This document shows, one piece after another, positions 1 to 13,800 of a DNA stretch of 64,000 bases. The translations under genes and the position numbers were made by a program. The stretch is from Acanthaster planci (Eukaryota). Where the stretch lies: positions 624,671 through 688,670 of the forward strand of contig NW_019091357.1 in assembly GCF_001949145.1 (NCBI RefSeq), in the 5' to 3' direction. Each line of letters starts with the position of its first letter. Positions within the stretch are counted from its first letter, which is position 1. The notes beneath the pieces are model-generated. The model ran no database searches, had not been told where the DNA came from, and saw nothing but the letters and a program-made list of their open reading frames with translations.

Positions 1-262
1 CGAAATTATTTCAACTCTAAAACAAATGTATCCTGCAAACTACAAGGCATGAAATATATTGCTACCCTTTACTTTATAAGCTACCGTCAATTCTCAAAGG
101 TGAGTCGTTTAAGAAAAAGACTGATACGTAGCGTAGCGACTGACAACACGGAGGGTACCCACTTTAGTCTCACTCACAACTTCAGTTTACTCCTGGTTTG
201 GATTTCTGTTCTGAGCACAAAAATCTGGCATAAAGAGGAGAAAGCTGCTGGCTTCTGTTCAA

Positions 263-600
263 CGCTAAAAGAGCCGGGTTATTTTGGCCTACCTCACAGC
301 CTGGGGGCTTTAAAATTTCGCCCCCAAGAACTCGGCTGTGGCTCTGGAACTCAGCACGCGTGTAAAAAACACTTCTTATCATTACAAATGTTCATTGATC
401 AGTGCAGTGGAAAAATAGAAATTTTTGGCTGACCTGTCTCGGAAAAAAATTGGAGCTGTGCTATTTTGACCAAAGTGGTATCAAAATGACCGCAAAAAAT
501 TACTCTAAAAACTCCAAAAGGCTCAACTTCTGAAAAAAGCACTGCAGCGACATGGGAAAAAAGGTTAAGGGGGTGTATACCGCCTCCGGCTCTTTTAGGG
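263..600. mobile_element. piggyBac-type non-autonomous element (MITE)
   Basis: Terminal inverted repeats CGCTAAAAGAGCCGG and CCGGCTCTTTTAGGG, flanked by TCAA (259-262) and TTAA (601-604). CCC ends with a TTAA target are characteristic of piggyBac. Confidence 0.65.
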
Positions 601-1687
601 TTAAGACGGATGTACAGTACACCTGCATAAAACACAGCGATGTTATTAATGAATGGTAGAGCGGAGACGCAAGTAGATACGACAAAGATGCGAAGTCAGC
701 TCACATTCCTAGTGGTAGTATTCATCGTGTGGTGCAATCATTCTATATCCATTGCAATGCCAAGCAGCCTACAGTATACAAATTGATGGCAACAAAAACG
801 TCAACTGCATGAAGTCACCGATCGACTTGGAAGTGTTTTCACGCCAGGTCAACTGACTTAACAAAGGTACACCCATACAGCTAATTATGTTAGCCATTTT
901 GACCAAACTCACCTGACTGAGTTGCATGGCGGATCGAACAGTTCTGACCTGGGTGGCCATAAACGCCAAGAAATGTGACAAGTCAGCTATATCAGCCATG
1001 TTTGTACCTCCCACGTACCCCAAGGTGAACCCCATCTACTCCTGTCTAACTCCCACAGTCCAACAAGCGTTCATTCGGTACAAGGGGGCGTAGACAAAAG
1101 ACACATTTGCCTTTTTTTCCTCTAATGAAAGTTTGTTTCCAACGTTAGTTGTAAGCCCAGGGAAACCAACACCATTTTTCGTTCCAGGTCAGAAGACGCG
1201 GATAAAGACCCACATTCCCGCATCTCTAAAGCTGATACCATGGTTACGTAAGACTTTACGCCAGCCCTGAGATCAACTAGTGGTCACCTTGACGACCGGG
1301 GGGGGTGAGCAAGTGGCCGGATTTTCCGCTCAGGTGAGAGCTAAACGCACCAACTCAGTGGTCCTTCTGGAAACATGACAAACCATGACAAGACCTGTGC
1401 ACCATGTGGTATCTTAGCGTTCATTGAACTTTGCGGTTTTCTGCAAACAAGGAACTTCTATAGTATGTTTTTCGGAATTCATTTTTACCTGAAATCAATT
1501 TTCCAGACTGGCTAAATAGTACATTATTTATTGAGAGACTACAGGCCTAGCCAAAGAGCTTCAAACAAACCCCACTTAAGCAAAACTTATACATCTTTTC
1601 AACCCATAAAATCCTAACTGTACTAAAAAAAACACAATAAATTGCGTCCATGAAGAAAAGTAAGAATTGAAACTTTGCATGGTGGAT

Positions 1688-1890
1688 TATGGTAAGGATT
1701 TGCGGGTACACCATGAAATCTATCCCTTCAAGAAGAGGTAAGGTACTGACGAGATTCGGTGAGTGTCAACACTCTCCTGAGGACGGCTAGAGTAAGTGTC
1801 GAAACGTTGAGAAACTCACCGGTTCTTTTCAGAACCCCACCTCTTCTTGAAGAGATAGATCCCATGGTGTGCCTGCAAATCCTTACCATA
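1688..1890. mobile_element. Palindromic repeat (inverted Penelope-like terminal repeat or MITE)
   Basis: About 75-bp imperfect inverted arms (TATGGTAAGGATTTGCGGGTACACCATG...CTTCAAGAAGAGGT / ACCTCTTCTTGAAG...CATGGTGTGCCTGCAAATCCTTACCATA) with TA at both ends. Confidence 0.75.
1772..1812 (+). ncRNA. Minimal type-I hammerhead ribozyme-like motif (probably degenerate)
   Basis: TCTC-C-CTGAGGA (1777-1783), a degenerate stem II, GAAAC (1801-1805), then GTT-GAGA. TCTC/GAGA can form stem I and helix III is essentially absent, as in minimal hammerheads of Penelope-like elements. Confidence 0.5.
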
Positions 1891-4800
1891 TCTATTAAAA
1901 CCTACACAAAACACAGTTGATGAAACAGTGCTTGCTCTGTACATGATTGTAATCATAAGCCTCTTATAAGTGCACTTCAAAATATGAACAAGACGCAGGA
2001 CTGGAACACCAACTTGAGGACATCATTTTTCAGTTTAAACACTGCTGTTGTCACGTAACCAGCCAATATCGATGGGAACCCAGTGGCCAAAGTGATCACT
2101 CTCAAACCCTATGTAAGATCTCGGATCACAACCTAAAAAGGAACAAGATTTAAATTGATCTGTCATCCACTTCTGCATTGAGGAAACCGAGCGGATAATG
2201 GTGCCACGGTAGGCCACTTCTTTGCTTGAAAAAGAAACCAAAATCATCTAAAAATGGCGCTACTTCTCGAGAAGAAAATATTTCCCCCACTAATCTACCT
2301 TTCTTATTTGAACCAAAGGGGGGGGGGTCGGCAATAGTGTCATAATGTGTACGCACATCGTCTTAGATGTATAGAGCCTTACATTTTCCTTCTCAGCATC
2401 ATTAAAAAGTTTATTTTTTTCTCTAAAAGCAGGTAACGTGTTCTTCACATAAAATATCTATCTTTTGAAATGATGACAAGTTGTTAATTTTAGAAAGGAA
2501 GGTTGTTACTCCTTTGGATCGTCGCACCTCCCACCGCCACTCTGCAAATACATGCCTCCGATATTTAGGTGCCTTGTTAATATGAATTCACATCCAAAGA
2601 GAAAGACACGTGTACCAAACAAGATTTCAAGTTGGTAATATTTTCAGTCTATCCCTAACAGTGTGCTATAGCAGGCTCTGCGTTAATGACCAGCAGAACA
2701 TGTTATTTAGACAAAGTTTATTGGTGCGAGTGAAAAAAATCGACCCGCATATTTGCAGGAAAAGCCGCACTGATCTTTAACGCGGTTAGAATATATTTCG
2801 AAGTTGCTCTCTACATGGTGAGGTACGGAGATAGTTACTGGTAGGTTCCATATGCACGTAGGCCTACAGTCATATACACCTATAAGCAAGCCTACCATAC
2901 CCAGCAGACAGGCCAACCATAAATGTTAGGCTGTTTTAACAGTTTGCCGCTGTGTTTTAATGAACATCGTGGGCTCCTTTGAAACGAAGACAAAACCTCT
3001 CCTTTCATCACGGTTGAACAAACTGCCACCCTAGATCACGTCGTTCCCTGTCATCAAATTTTATTTGAAAATCGACATGCATGCATATCTCGAAGAAGCA
3101 GCACACTCTAAACTATGGCTGTGTAGGAGGTTATTTTATTCAGAATTGAGCGAGAGCAACTTTGAGCTTTTTTCTAGCTGCTGGTCAAATTCCTGGCTAT
3201 AGTCACTGCACATCTGTCGTTAACTTTAGCAAAGGGGACAAAGTACCATACCAGTACAATTCGCAAACTTTCCCAAGCTGCAAGGAAGCTACTTTGCCGA
3301 CAGCAGGACAACAACCGGCCTTTCTAGTACTCACCCCCCGGCGTACTCCAGAGGACAAACTGCGCTAAACCGAAACAAAAACCACCCCCTTTTGTGTGGC
3401 GCCCTGATCCCTTTCATCCAAACGCGACCAAAACTCCAAAATGAGGACATTCAAGCCTCCATGGACGCGCCTAAAGTGACCTATGAACCTGCACCTTTCA
3501 CAGTGATTTTTTTACAGTAACGAACCACTGATTATAATGGCTCTGCCTGCAACATCCAAGAACTTACAAGTTACATCTCCTATTCTCGTGTGACTTATAG
3601 CAAGGTTTACCTACTTCAATCTTTCCATTTTTGCTTTTAAAGTGTGCCTGCTGTGAAGCTTTACAAAACGCCCCAAGATACCTGCATATTTGTCGAAAAA
3701 ATCAACACTACGTCTACTGTGTACTCTGTAGACTCGTGTCATTGACTGCTTCAGATGTTGATATAAAAAATGAGATCACGTGGTGATGTCAGTGTGATAA
3801 CGGGAACGAAACACATCGAATTTATCAAACCATGGTCGAGCATATTTTAGGCTCCTTAGAATGGGAATTATTTTAATGTGAAAGACTGATAAAGGTATTT
3901 GTTATGTTTCATTTGCAACATTTCATTGGGTCCTTTGTAATCATTCTATTTATGGGGAGGGGACAGATCACATGACATTTACAGAGTGAAACGTAAGCAA
4001 AGCGTAGCGGTTTCTCACTTAGGTTTAGGACCTACCTCACGAAAGCAGAAGGTCACACAGGCGAATGAGAAATCTTCCATTCATTTCAAAGTCAACGGGG
4101 GAAAATTCGGGACGACGAACATTGGTTTATCAGTTTGAAAAAAAGTTTGTACGTTGCAACGCTGCAGTGTTTGTCCGATCACCAGCTTCACACTGCAATC
4201 GTTGCATCTACATTAATTATGAAAAAGCCGTAGGTGGTGGGTTTATAATTCAGGAAATAGCCGTCGGCTCTACTGGATAAATTACTGGTTGAAAATTTCT
4301 ACACCGACGGCTAAGAAAACAGTTTTATTTGTTTAAGACAAGAATGTCAAGTAACTTTGGCTCACAAATATTTGTATTTGTGTGTTTGAACAGGTATGAG
4401 CACAAGGATGCATAAATGTTCATTGCTGATATGACTGAGAAAGAAAGCGAAAGCCCATGCCCGAGTTGAGTCGGCAAGCGTGCATCATACTTGGACTTAC
4501 ATACTGATTTCACTTTCACCTTTGCAGAAAAAAAAAATCATTTTTCAAAGCAGATATGTCCCCCTTTCATTCCCAGGCATATGCACTCGCAAAATGAAAC
4601 CAGAAACCAGATGTACTGTCTCTCTAATCTACCTGCATCTTGTGAACTCAATCTTAGTCGAATGGTTTTTCTTTAGGGTCAAAGCAAAAATCATTTATAA
4701 ACCTAAAAATGTAAACAAATGGACAGTGGTAGAATGCCGTCACGTGACTAGTGCAATCCCGAAGTGGCTTTGCCTACGTTTACAATGTTTATGTCCATCC

Positions 4801-5853
4801 GTCGCCGCAGGAGTGGGCATGCGCATTTCGTCGAGGGGTAAACATAGTCCAGGGTTGACGCAGCACGCTGCAGCACTCAACCAGGCAACAGTGACCAATA
4901 GCCAGGCCAGTGTGTGCAATGGGGCGATCAATAGTGTCTATGATAGTCGGCACGCGAGTGGTCGCGTGCCGCCGAACAAAGCAGACTCCCTCCCGGTTTG
5001 AGGCTACTTCGGGAGGCAAATCGCATCTCACAAAGGGAGGCTTTAGTCTGGGTTCCAATAGCGGGTAACAATAGCTGTTGTCCCTTGTCGCGTGCCGGAC
5101 TGTGATGCTGGCACCCCGCACATGGCGCTAGGGGTATAGAGGGGGTGCCTGGTGTATCGTTTATTGTCTCTAAAACTGCTTCCCACCCCATGTTCGTTTT
5201 CTCCTCTATCACTAGATTGTTACCAATATCGGTTCTGTTGTGTCCCCGTCAATAGAAACTCTTTGTTACAATGTACCACATAAAGTGCCCTTGTATTGAA
5301 GTGTGCAGCGTGGATGCAGGTTATCAATTGCTAAAGGTTGGAAAGACCCCCCCCCAAAAAAAAATCGTTCCAGGGGCTGTTGCTACAAGACATTTATCCC
5401 TTAAGCAAACTTCACTAAATAATGTTTGATAAAAACCCTGCAGCATGAACAATGCTATTAACCACATGAACCCACATGCTCACGAGAAAACTACTTCAGA
5501 GGGTCAAGCTTTTGCACCCTGCGTAGTGAAGATCAAAAGGTTTAGTTCGGGAACGAGAGTAAAATTGCATGCCCGTGGTAGCATCACAGACGACGATTAT
5601 GAAAGCAAGTTGAGCCTACTTCTGTGCAAAAGTTAAGCCGAAATGCGAACCCCTGCCACTTATATTTTTCCATTACGGAAATGTAGGCCTACATGTAACG
5701 CCACTGAGCGCTGGGCCTGTGTTCACTCTTTGCACGCTGTCACCATAGGCATGCAGAGCCTCGATCTGGCAGTTTGACACCAAAAATAGCCGGTTCGCTG
5801 ATTCCTACATATGAAGCAAACTACGGGACGGAGAGCACCCCCCCGCCTTTGTG

Positions 5854-6307
5854 ATGGTTATTGCCAAACTGGTATCTCAGGAATTCTTTTTAGACTTCTG
5901 GGGGGGGTGTGAGGTAACAATAGGCTAGAGTGTGTATAGGGATTAGATTTGTGGGGGGGTACCCCTCTTTCCCATTTCGTGCATGGTGTAGATTCCAGTG
6001 TATGTTGCTTATGTACTTTAGCGCGTGCTGCGTTAGTTCTTATACCATGCGATTGGACAAAGCGATTCTGACACGATAGCACAAGCTTGTTAGTTCGAGA
6101 TTCTACATGCCTATGGCGGCGTGCAAACAGCGAATAGGATCCTTTTTTATACCATTCATTGTGATGTGGTGATGTGAAAAGAATTCCGAAAAACATAGAT
6201 GTTATTTCAACGTGCCGGAAAAATATGTACTTCGTAAAGCATAACAAGGTAGTTTGGAGTATGGCGTAGGTACCAGATTTCTCCCAAAAAATATACGAAT
6301 AAACCAT
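5854..6307. mobile_element. Possible decayed TIR element
   Basis: Ends are partly inverted (ATGGTTATT...AAACTGGTATCT vs AGGTACCAGATTT...AATAAACCAT), but only with an indel. Confidence 0.3.
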
Positions 6308-8987
6308 GAGTGGGGATTCACACCAACAATTTAATTCAACCTGAAAAAAAAAGAATGAGACAACGACTACGAAAACTAAGAGAAAAATTCGAGGTCATTG
6401 GGGTCTTTTTTGTTCTGCTCTATGAAAATACTGCATTTTTCTTATGATAGACTTGAAAGGAACGAACGAGTGACGGTTTCTGACATAAATCGATATTTCA
6501 TTTCCATTCAAAAACAAAGTTCCTCTTCTTATTCATTCCCACACGCTGCCAGTCAGTTTGGATTCCAAATTGAATACTGAGGTCTAAATTTATTATCTTT
6601 TTCGGTACCTTTTGGTTGAGTTTTCAATCTGCAATAAATATTGCTTGCAACCTTTCCTCCGGTTGTACCTGGTTAATATCGTTATTCGACGTGACATGCA
6701 CGGGTCCAACCACAATTTGATCAGTGCTGCTCTTTGAAGAGTTTCAGATTGGAGTAATGAACGAAGAGTGGACTGGGATGGAATTGGTGGGGACAAGTTG
6801 GAGAAAATTTCGGGAAAAAGTTTGATTTCCAACTTGAGGAGAAGCAGCATATTTCCAAAGTGTCATTTGTAGGTTATTATATTTCACTTTGTTAGAGAAG
6901 AACAATTCCAACAATTTGGAAACATTTGATCGGCTGTTAATCTGATTTAATGGTGAAATCAAACAATATATCTAAACAACTTTATGGCCAGGACTTGTCG
7001 TACATCCAAATTTTTCAAAACTTCCATAAGCTTTACGACACGTTTCGTGGCACTGAAAAGTACGTACTTATACATAAACAGCAATGACACTGTGACTTGA
7101 AAGGCTGAAGAACACTGATGTGGCAATGAATGAGTGTTCAGTTTAGAAGTGGGATGAAGACCCCTGAAAATCTATTCCCAAAGAACCACCAAAAAAACCC
7201 AAACAAAGAAAATATCAATTAAGTAATGCAAACCACACCACATATCAACCTGCACGGGTGAGACTGGTCACGGATATCATAAGTGGAGAAAGGTACATCA
7301 CAGCAAAAACTAAACTTCATCAAGACAATGTTCCTACCATGTTACTTTGTCAACGTGAATTAATGAAGAAGAATAAACCAGCATTTCTAAAAGGCAAAAA
7401 GTTAGTCTCACATAGCAATTGGTTAACTTTTTAATACTACTAAAAGTTTCAGCATCGTCTGCAAAACGTCGACGAGCGATACTTCAGATATCCCCTAGAA
7501 AATGACTTCATTAACACATATAGTGGGTGCGTCACAGATATGAGAAAATGACGGCTTCATAATTATTGACCTAAATAAGGAAGAGAAAACGCATAGATTG
7601 GGGAAAATCTGCTTTCGTCTTTCCCGAAGGAATTCAATATTTGTAATAGTAGGACCTTTCTTTTCACCGGTATTTTCGAGTTTCTACGGCAACAAACAGA
7701 CGTCATAATCCTAAGTTTAGAGCCAGGTTTGTTCGGTTTCTAAAACAAGCAAAGGTGAGGGATGACTGATCTTGTGGCGAGCAATCCAAAATGGCGTCGC
7801 AAAAAGTTTTAATGAGGCAGTGTGGATGTTTTATAGGTTTTAGGAACCTGTTCTGCAAAAAGAAATTATCTTAAAACAGCCTCGTAACTAGCGCTAGCGG
7901 AATAAAACGAATTCCATCAGCATTGACGTGTTATCTCTTATGGATGTCCTCTCATAAAGACAACACCTTGGCTTTTGAATGATGATTGATAACTTTAATC
8001 AGATTTGATCATTCATTGCATCGCAATCCATTCGAGAGTATTGAATTAGCACGGAGCGAATACCACTTTGATTATAAACATCAGCTAGAGCTGATGTCTT
8101 GAGAGAGACTACATTTTGGTCAGGGAAAGTCCCTTTAGAGCATATGCGGACTCAAAGGGATGCAAACTGAACATAAACAGGAGAAGCACCTGAAACGTAT
8201 AAGACAATGTACAGGTTACTGGTCATTTCACGGCAAAACAGTGCAGCTATCACGCATGCGGTGCGTAACACTGTTTAGTCTTCATACAAGACGGCATTGT
8301 GCAACCCAACGGCTTGCATTGGTTTTCGCGCGGTAGATATTCAGTTTCGCGCACAGCAAACCGCTGCAAAAAAAAATGGCAGAGAAACGACACAATCTAA
8401 GCCTAAAATGGGTCCATGTGAGATTCAACCCAACAGAAAAATAAATAATCTCCCACTCTCGGCATCTTTTTCTTAGCGGTGTAAGACTCAGACTGATGTC
8501 TTGAGAGATTAGGCCCCCACGCACACTTAACTGGTGTGGGCTCATAGCTAAGATACCCAGTAGCCACGTTGGTTGAGCATGATCAATTGATCATCGGTTT
8601 ATTGAATTACATTTCCCCCATCGGTCTCAGACTTCTCCACTCTCCTTGTTTGACACAAACGCTAATAATAATCTGGGTTCGCAAAGCAGAACTGAATCAA
8701 AGGATGCATTAGGACGACGGGAATTCTATTCCGTCAAGGGATGACTGGATCTGTATCGCAAGTTAGAGCAAGAGCCCTGAACAAGCTGAAATATTTCCTA
8801 TTTAATGCCTTACAGATTACGATCACAGTTTCATTTTTTGTTTTTCGTGCAAGGTGGCAAATTTTCCTTAAATTGATGGAAACAAAGAAAGCGGTACCGG
8901 TTGTGAAAAATCGACCAACAACACCGAGCGTGAAAACAGCATCTGATTAAAAGAAAGCAAGATCCTACTGGCACTGGTTTGAAATAA

Positions 8988-9159
8988 TATGGGCATTTCA
9001 CAATAGAGCACCTCCAAGAGTTTGCAACGTGTTGACCAATCACAATGCGCGAAATCTTTCGACCGAATGCGCGTTTGGAAATGGTCGACATATTTCGCGC
9101 ATTGCGATTGGTCAACGCGTTGCAAACTCCTGGAGAGTTTGACTTGTGAATCGCCCGTA
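8988..9159. mobile_element. Hairpin MITE, copy 1
   Basis: Near-full-length palindrome (CTCCAAGAGTTTGCAACGTGTTGACCAATCACAATGCGCGAAAT / ATTTCGCGCATTGCGATTGGTCAACGCGTTGCAAACTCCTGGAG) with TA ends. A second copy lies at 62122-62291. Confidence 0.85.
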
Positions 9160-10799
9160 TTGTTTACATTGAAAAGTGCATTTTGTATCCGCCATGAATT
9201 ACATTTTCCCTACTTATTTTGTAAAAACATAAGGTTACAAAACGAAACTAGCGTTAAGTACCACAGGAAAAGCGTGATTTTCTTTTTGGGATTTGTGTGT
9301 ACTCGAAAATCATCCAGCAAAAAGTGGCATAAATCTCCATGGACATTTGGAACGAACTTAGTGAGGTTCACTTCACATTTCAGATGGTCTATAATACATG
9401 TAAATATCTAGAATTGTTTAAGAATGCTGCGAAGCCTTTACAAAATCTTACGTAGCACCCTGACGCTTCCCCCTCGATGCTTCACGGGAACATGGCCCCT
9501 CAGTGCTTACATATTGACCTATTCACCGCGCAACCCCTGTTTTGTCTACTTCGTTGGGCGAGGACATTTTCGTGGGAAAATGTTTGCTTTGAAGGGGTCG
9601 ACCTCCATGCATTGGGAACTGGCTGCCTAACTGAAGATAAGAACTTGCTTTTGGTAACACCGCTAACATTCCTTGTTCAAATAGGGTGCCTAAATTTGAA
9701 AAAGAGCAATGAAAACAAGCATTGTGGAATTCCAAACCACCCCGTAAAATGAATACATTGTTACGGGCGGTGTGGCGGGAGTACAAGCTGTGATATTTTA
9801 AGATTACAATATTCGTATTTATAACCGGCAGTAAAATTCCATGTGCATCACAAGGAAATCTGATTTTTGTGCACGCATCTTGTCTCATGCTTAAATTTAG
9901 CTTTACTCTGTGTTATGTCCATATCATTGCTTAAACTCCCAGTCATTCTGACTGTTCACCGGAGTATTTGCCTTGTTTCACCTATACAAAAATCTGCGTG
10001 TGTTAACAAGATGCCAAGAGCTCTGAGAAAGTGTTCAAAAGAAATTCCTAACTCTCTGCTGGTCCAAATTCTCCAAAAGAGGACTCTTGGAACCCTTGGG
10101 TAACTCCATATTTTGTAGCAGACTCCTGTTAATTCTAAATAAGATGCTAACAGAGATGCAACTTCGATGAGATTTAACATTCAAAGGGTCACTATAGGAG
10201 AGGCTTTTCTAAGATCATTATACGCATTACGTAAGAGGATGAATGATAAAGCATACGTGTACTTTTGTTGAAAAACATTAAGCTGCATGGCTTATTTTCA
10301 AGATGTAAATCGTTCTGAAGTTTCGATGGGAACTCATTGTAGAGACTTTTCAAGGGTTCCATATGACGACTGTCGACATTAAGCACTTGAAATATTCCAC
10401 AGCGGCCCGACGGGGACCAGCGCTACGTCTCCCTTTGTTTGTGCTCGATTTTTGTCATTCGGTGGTCAGTGCTGCGGACTACGCTGACGGCAAACTTTTA
10501 ACCATGTCCCTTCCTTCTTACCCTAAGGATCTGTGCCTGGACTGACCCCAAACCACAAAAGGAAATATTGTCTAATCCATGAGAATCTAAAAGGAATAAG
10601 GAAATGAACACAGTTATTGCACTAACGTATCACTGCAACTAGGTCTGCACGGCTACACCGTCCCTTTGAAAAATAATTGACACTGCTAGAACAAAGGAAC
10701 CCGGACCCATGTTCCCCAGAATATAGCACAAGTTTGCAAACTCCCAAACCCAATTCATCTACCCTCGATGCTGAAGATTCACATACAGCAGAGAACAAT

Positions 10800-10862
10800 C
10801 AGAAACTAACTGGGGTGGGACTTCAAAAGATAACAGTAAAAGGGCACCACCGAGACTAAGCC
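10800..10862 (-). mobile_element. Possible decayed SINE head
   Basis: Minus strand reads TAGTCTCGGTGG (A-box-like) ... TTGAAGTCCCACCCCAGTTAG (degenerate B-box). Confidence 0.3.
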
Positions 10863-13800
10863 GGGGAATTTACAAACGCACCAAAACAAAACAGGACAGA
10901 CCCGAAAGAGGAACCGATATGCTCCCGTTCTTAGGTCCGCGTTGTCCCACGCATGGTGAAAGAGATAAAAGGCATTTTTGTAAAGGGGTATTTCCTTGTA
11001 CTCTTGACGAGGATTTTAAGCCATTGCCTGTTTAGTTTCCAAGTCCTCTCCAGCTTCGCAAGGCAATAAAAATAATAATTTATCAATTCCATCATTCAGT
11101 ATTTACGTCTTCAATCTTTTTCTCGTTTGAATCCCGGAATTGTAGTTTACGTTGTTTGAGGTGTTCCTATCGCAAGCAGAGCTGTGTTAGTTCCAGAACC
11201 TGCTTCAACGAGGAGCAAAATCATGCTTCCAAATAAAATATTGCATGTTTAGAACTATGATATTGGAAATTATTAAATACCGATAATTGTAGCGAAAAAC
11301 CCCAAGTTTCACAAAATTCAAGAGGTCGATCACTCGAGAAAGAAAAGTACGCTACATGAACTTTTCATTCTGTAGTAATGAATTAAGTTCTCACTGACTC
11401 TGGCGAGTGGAACAACAACGCCCGATAGACGCACTAAGTCATTAGTTAATGCAACATAAAAGCACCAATCCCATTCATGTTAGTGGGGTCAACGATTACC
11501 TCAATTAGAAAGTCCATAGCAAATGAGCTCGAGCAAAATATGGAATGACAAACTACAGGCTTCTGCGATGTTTTTTGTAATCGGTGAAAGCGATTCAGTC
11601 GCTCCAAGTCATGCATCGCATCATAGTGTACGAACAACAAGGTGCTTAAACGTGGCATTGTGTTATTTTAACAGACAAAGACATATGGTATTACCTCAGT
11701 TGGGGTACAATTTGATCAACTTTTGGCAAGACTTTGTACCAGAGTTGGGGAAGTTATTCTGTAGCCGATGAAAAGTTGGCCTGAACAGTCATTGTTTCCC
11801 TTTTAGGAGCGTAGTAATGCGTGGTATGTAGGCCTACGTTGGTTTCTCTCCACGTCCCCATGACCAATCTGTTTTTACAGCCAAACTTAACTGTACTTTA
11901 GGAAGTAAAGTCGGAATTTTTCTGGCTAGTTCAAAACTGTTCCCACTTGGCAAGAAAATCGTGCTATCAGTTTGCCTTCTTTGTCACTCTTTAACACATG
12001 ATGGTGACTTCATGGGGAACTGGTTTCTATAACTTCCTCGACTATGCTGAAAGCAAAAGTCCCACTTTGTTTACAAACGTTGTTTTAGGAGTACTGTTAT
12101 GAAGGCATACATAAATAAGTCGTGTTTGATCTCATGATATTTCCTTTTACTTTCAATCCCCCTTTTAAGCAATGACAGGTTTGCAAGCACGCGATTTTCA
12201 TCATTTGATAAAAATATAATCCAATCAATCACGGAAAACCATTTTTCTTTTTGATATTTTGACCTCACTCGGTGCTTCCAAAAACTTGCCCATGACACGA
12301 ATTCTCCTTAGTCATGTCTCTTATGCCGCGTTTCATTTTAAAGTTGACAACAATCATCATAAAACTGACATGGTCGATTCGTGGAGTCCACTTCCTCGTG
12401 AATACACATTCTTTTCCCCTCCCATATACAGGAAACGCGCTGAACCCTTCTGTCGTCCTCGTAGTCCCCCATCCTGATAATTTCACCCTACCGATGGCCC
12501 CTCCAGGCTCCCTTCATCCCCCCTCCATGAAAAATTGAACCTCTCTTGCCCTTGCCCTAGCCTTCTGCTCATCATCCCGCCGAGCGCACCCGCCCGGTAC
12601 ACACTGCCGAAAAAATAGACCCGCATCTTCCACACGCGAGGACTGAGCCGAGGCACAAGGGGCGAAGGATAGAACGGGAAAAATCATAATTATGCAGGGC
12701 GGCAAGCAACGGTCATCCGCCGACGACCCTAACAAATACATTACATATTTGGCCCAGAGGACTGTCCAAATTTTACACACACGGTAGATAATATGTCTAC
12801 GTGTACGTGTGTAATATAAAAACCGGTGTTCTCATGTAGTCAATGGGGGATGATTGTACGACGGGGATGATGACGAGAGGTGAGTTGAGTAAGGAGGGAT
12901 TAGCAGCTGACGAGGAGACATCTAATTGGGAGGGGAAAAATGGGTGTGAGTGGTGAATTACTGTCAAAATAAACGATCCCTCTACGTAATTAGCACTGGA
13001 GTCTGCCCACACGAAACTACCGAAACACACCCGGTGACTGTGAGCTATAGGCCGAAGTCCACCAACGAAAACCGATATTTTCAAACACCGCTGGTTAGAA
13101 ATAAATTAGGACTAGAAAAACCAGCACCGGCGCCAGCCCCCACGAAAATGAATATGACTTTTAATAAGCTTCCTTGCCGAAAACGAAATATAATGGAGCG
13201 TAATTTTAGATGTACAAAAAAACCTGCAAGGCTGTGTTACGATTGTCATCGCGAGTGTGCTTTGCACACACGCTGGGTAACTCCAGATTACAATAATATC
13301 ACGGCGTATAAAAAGCAGAAATATGAAAATATAAATGACCCCCGCGCAATGAGAATATAGAGATATTAAATCTCCTCTCAACCCCGGCTGGATAGCAGTC
13401 ATTTGCATATGAATAAGGGCCGAGGAATGACAGACAAACGATAATGCGCGCCAGATGGTAATTACTCGACGGGTGCTGTGCCGCACCCTCACGCGCGCAA
13501 TATCGGGTCCTCTACCCACACCGCTGAGGCCGACAATTTTCGTTGTTATCTTGTCCATATGGACTATCCATTTTACCCCTTTTTTGCAACGAACACCGTC
13601 CGAAATTTCCACACATATTCCGAGGAATATCACCCACCTACCCACGGAATATTCATGAATTCCATGGCGCCCGTGATTATAAAATTCCGGTTCAGATATT
13701 TCGGGGTTTTATTTTTGGAGGGGTGTCAATGGAGGGTTCAGTGCGATGCTTCGATACCCGCTCGTCCGCCATGTTTAAATTTAAAAGGCTATACTGCCAA

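Noticed and set aside
4480..5001. 173-aa ORF on +
   Set aside because: No recognisable domain, composition typical of translated non-coding DNA, and antisense within the NOL4-like intron.
5858..6340. 149-aa ORF on - preceded by a poly-T/CAG acceptor, as a possible NOL4 exon 4
   Set aside because: The translation does not resemble NOL4, and the ORF coincides with a probable decayed TIR element.
8831..9411. Similar ORFs on both strands here and at 61896-62386
   Set aside because: The similarity comes from the palindromic MITE, not from a protein family.
13112..13645. 177-aa ORF on - and overlapping + ORFs
   Set aside because: No NOL4 similarity or convincing splice sites; better explained as regulatory DNA.
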